From NCBI GenBank assembly GCA_046349315.1, contig JAXMCQ010000005.1, positions 161,701-225,700 of the forward strand: 64,000 bases of DNA, read 5' to 3'. This stretch comes from Hyphomicrobiales bacterium. Lineage in GTDB: Bacteria; Pseudomonadota; Alphaproteobacteria; Rhizobiales; Aestuariivirgaceae. The position numbers were made by a program, and so were the translations under genes. The notes beneath the pieces are model-generated. The model did not search any database. It had not been told where the DNA came from and saw only the letters and a list, made by a program, of their open reading frames with translations. Below are positions 63,516 through 64,000 of this stretch, one piece after another (the stretch's first letter is position 1; each line of letters opens with the position of its first letter).

Positions 63516-64000
63516 ATGGAATGGCTGAACGAGCCGAAACTATGGAAGGCCTCTGGCGATAGGATCACGCTTACGACTGAGGACAGGACCGATTTCTGGC
63601 AGAACACCTTCTACGGCTTTCAGCACGATAACGGTCATTTCTACTTCGACAGGGTCACCGGCGATTTCACGGCCGAAGTGTCATTCACCGCTGCCTATGA
63701 GCAGCTCTACGACCAGGCCGGACTCATGCTGCGCTTATCCGAACATCACTGGATCAAGGCCGGCGTCGAATTCGTCGACGGGAAATGCAGGCTGGCGACG
63801 GTTCTGACGCGCGACTTGTCCGACTGGGCCTTAGGCCCGGAAGTTGATCGGCGCGCCAAGCTGCGCTTGCGCATGATACGCCTGAATGACGCCGTCTGCG
63901 TACAATGGGCACCTGAAGATCCTGCGACGCCCTACGAGACCTTGCGGCTTGGTCCGATATCGCACGGTAGTGCGATGGTGGGGCCCATGTCCTGCTCGCC
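63516..64000 (+). CDS. DUF1349 domain protein (concanavalin A-like fold), 5' partial; runs off the window
   Basis: My own translation from the ATG at 63516 (GGAG upstream) gives MEWLNEPKLWKASGDRITLTTEDRTDFWQNTFYGFQHDNGHFYF...QAGLMLRLSEHHWIKAGVEFVDG. The frame is open to the window end. It is absent from the ORF track because it is incomplete. Confidence 0.7.
   Translation, partial: MEWLNEPKLWKASGDRITLTTEDRTDFWQNTFYGFQHDNGHFYFDRVTGDFTAEVSFTAAYEQLYDQAGLMLRLSEHHWIKAGVEFVDGKCRLATVLTRDLSDWALGPEVDRRAKLRLRMIRLNDAVCVQWAPEDPATPYETLRLGPISHGSAMVGPMSCS

Overview
This is a high-GC bacterial chromosomal segment. Its gene content and dense GC-rich hairpin repeats look alphaproteobacterial, probably Hyphomicrobiales/Rhizobiales-like; the taxon is inference only. 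I support about 50 protein-coding genes and found no rRNA, tRNA or CRISPR array. The window is a patchwork of accessory transport and catabolic loci. In order: (1) a 97-aa GIY-YIG mini-gene bracketed by two direct copies of an 84-bp palindromic MITE-like element, with a third copy at 58.3 kb; (2) a Dpp/Opp-type peptide ABC operon; (3) an EEP-family protein, a DegP-like S1C protease and an 1829-aa thioester alpha-2-macroglobulin with an N-terminal PAN/Apple-like module; (4) preT-preA; (5) a minus-strand operon encoding a ProX/ProW/ProV-type importer, two LicA-like choline/ethanolamine kinases and two DMGDH-like FAD/folate demethylases, with a divergent DeoR regulator. This operon is my best candidate for an undescribed pathway, and its ATPase gene carries three indels; (6) a CUT1-type sugar ABC operon with two ATPase genes and an extra small membrane protein, divergent from a TIM-barrel isomerase / enolase-superfamily dehydratase / GntR / 2-hydroxyacid dehydrogenase operon; (7) a ~2-kb non-coding island of nested hairpin repeats containing a frameshifted conserved hypothetical gene; (8) Gfo/Idh/MocA, PfkB and SDR genes, a ribose-type ABC transporter and an iolG-like gene; (9) kynU-kynB translationally coupled to an oxidoreductase gene; (10) a lower-GC DUF559 endonuclease gene; (11) hyuA-hyuB-XRE/cupin-SRPBCC, divergent from a second kynureninase paralog coupled to an LLM flavin monooxygenase; (12) a ParE-type toxin with an in-frame nonsense codon next to an intact antitoxin; (13) a partial DUF1349 gene at the right edge. 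All family assignments come from motif recognition by eye; no database search was run.
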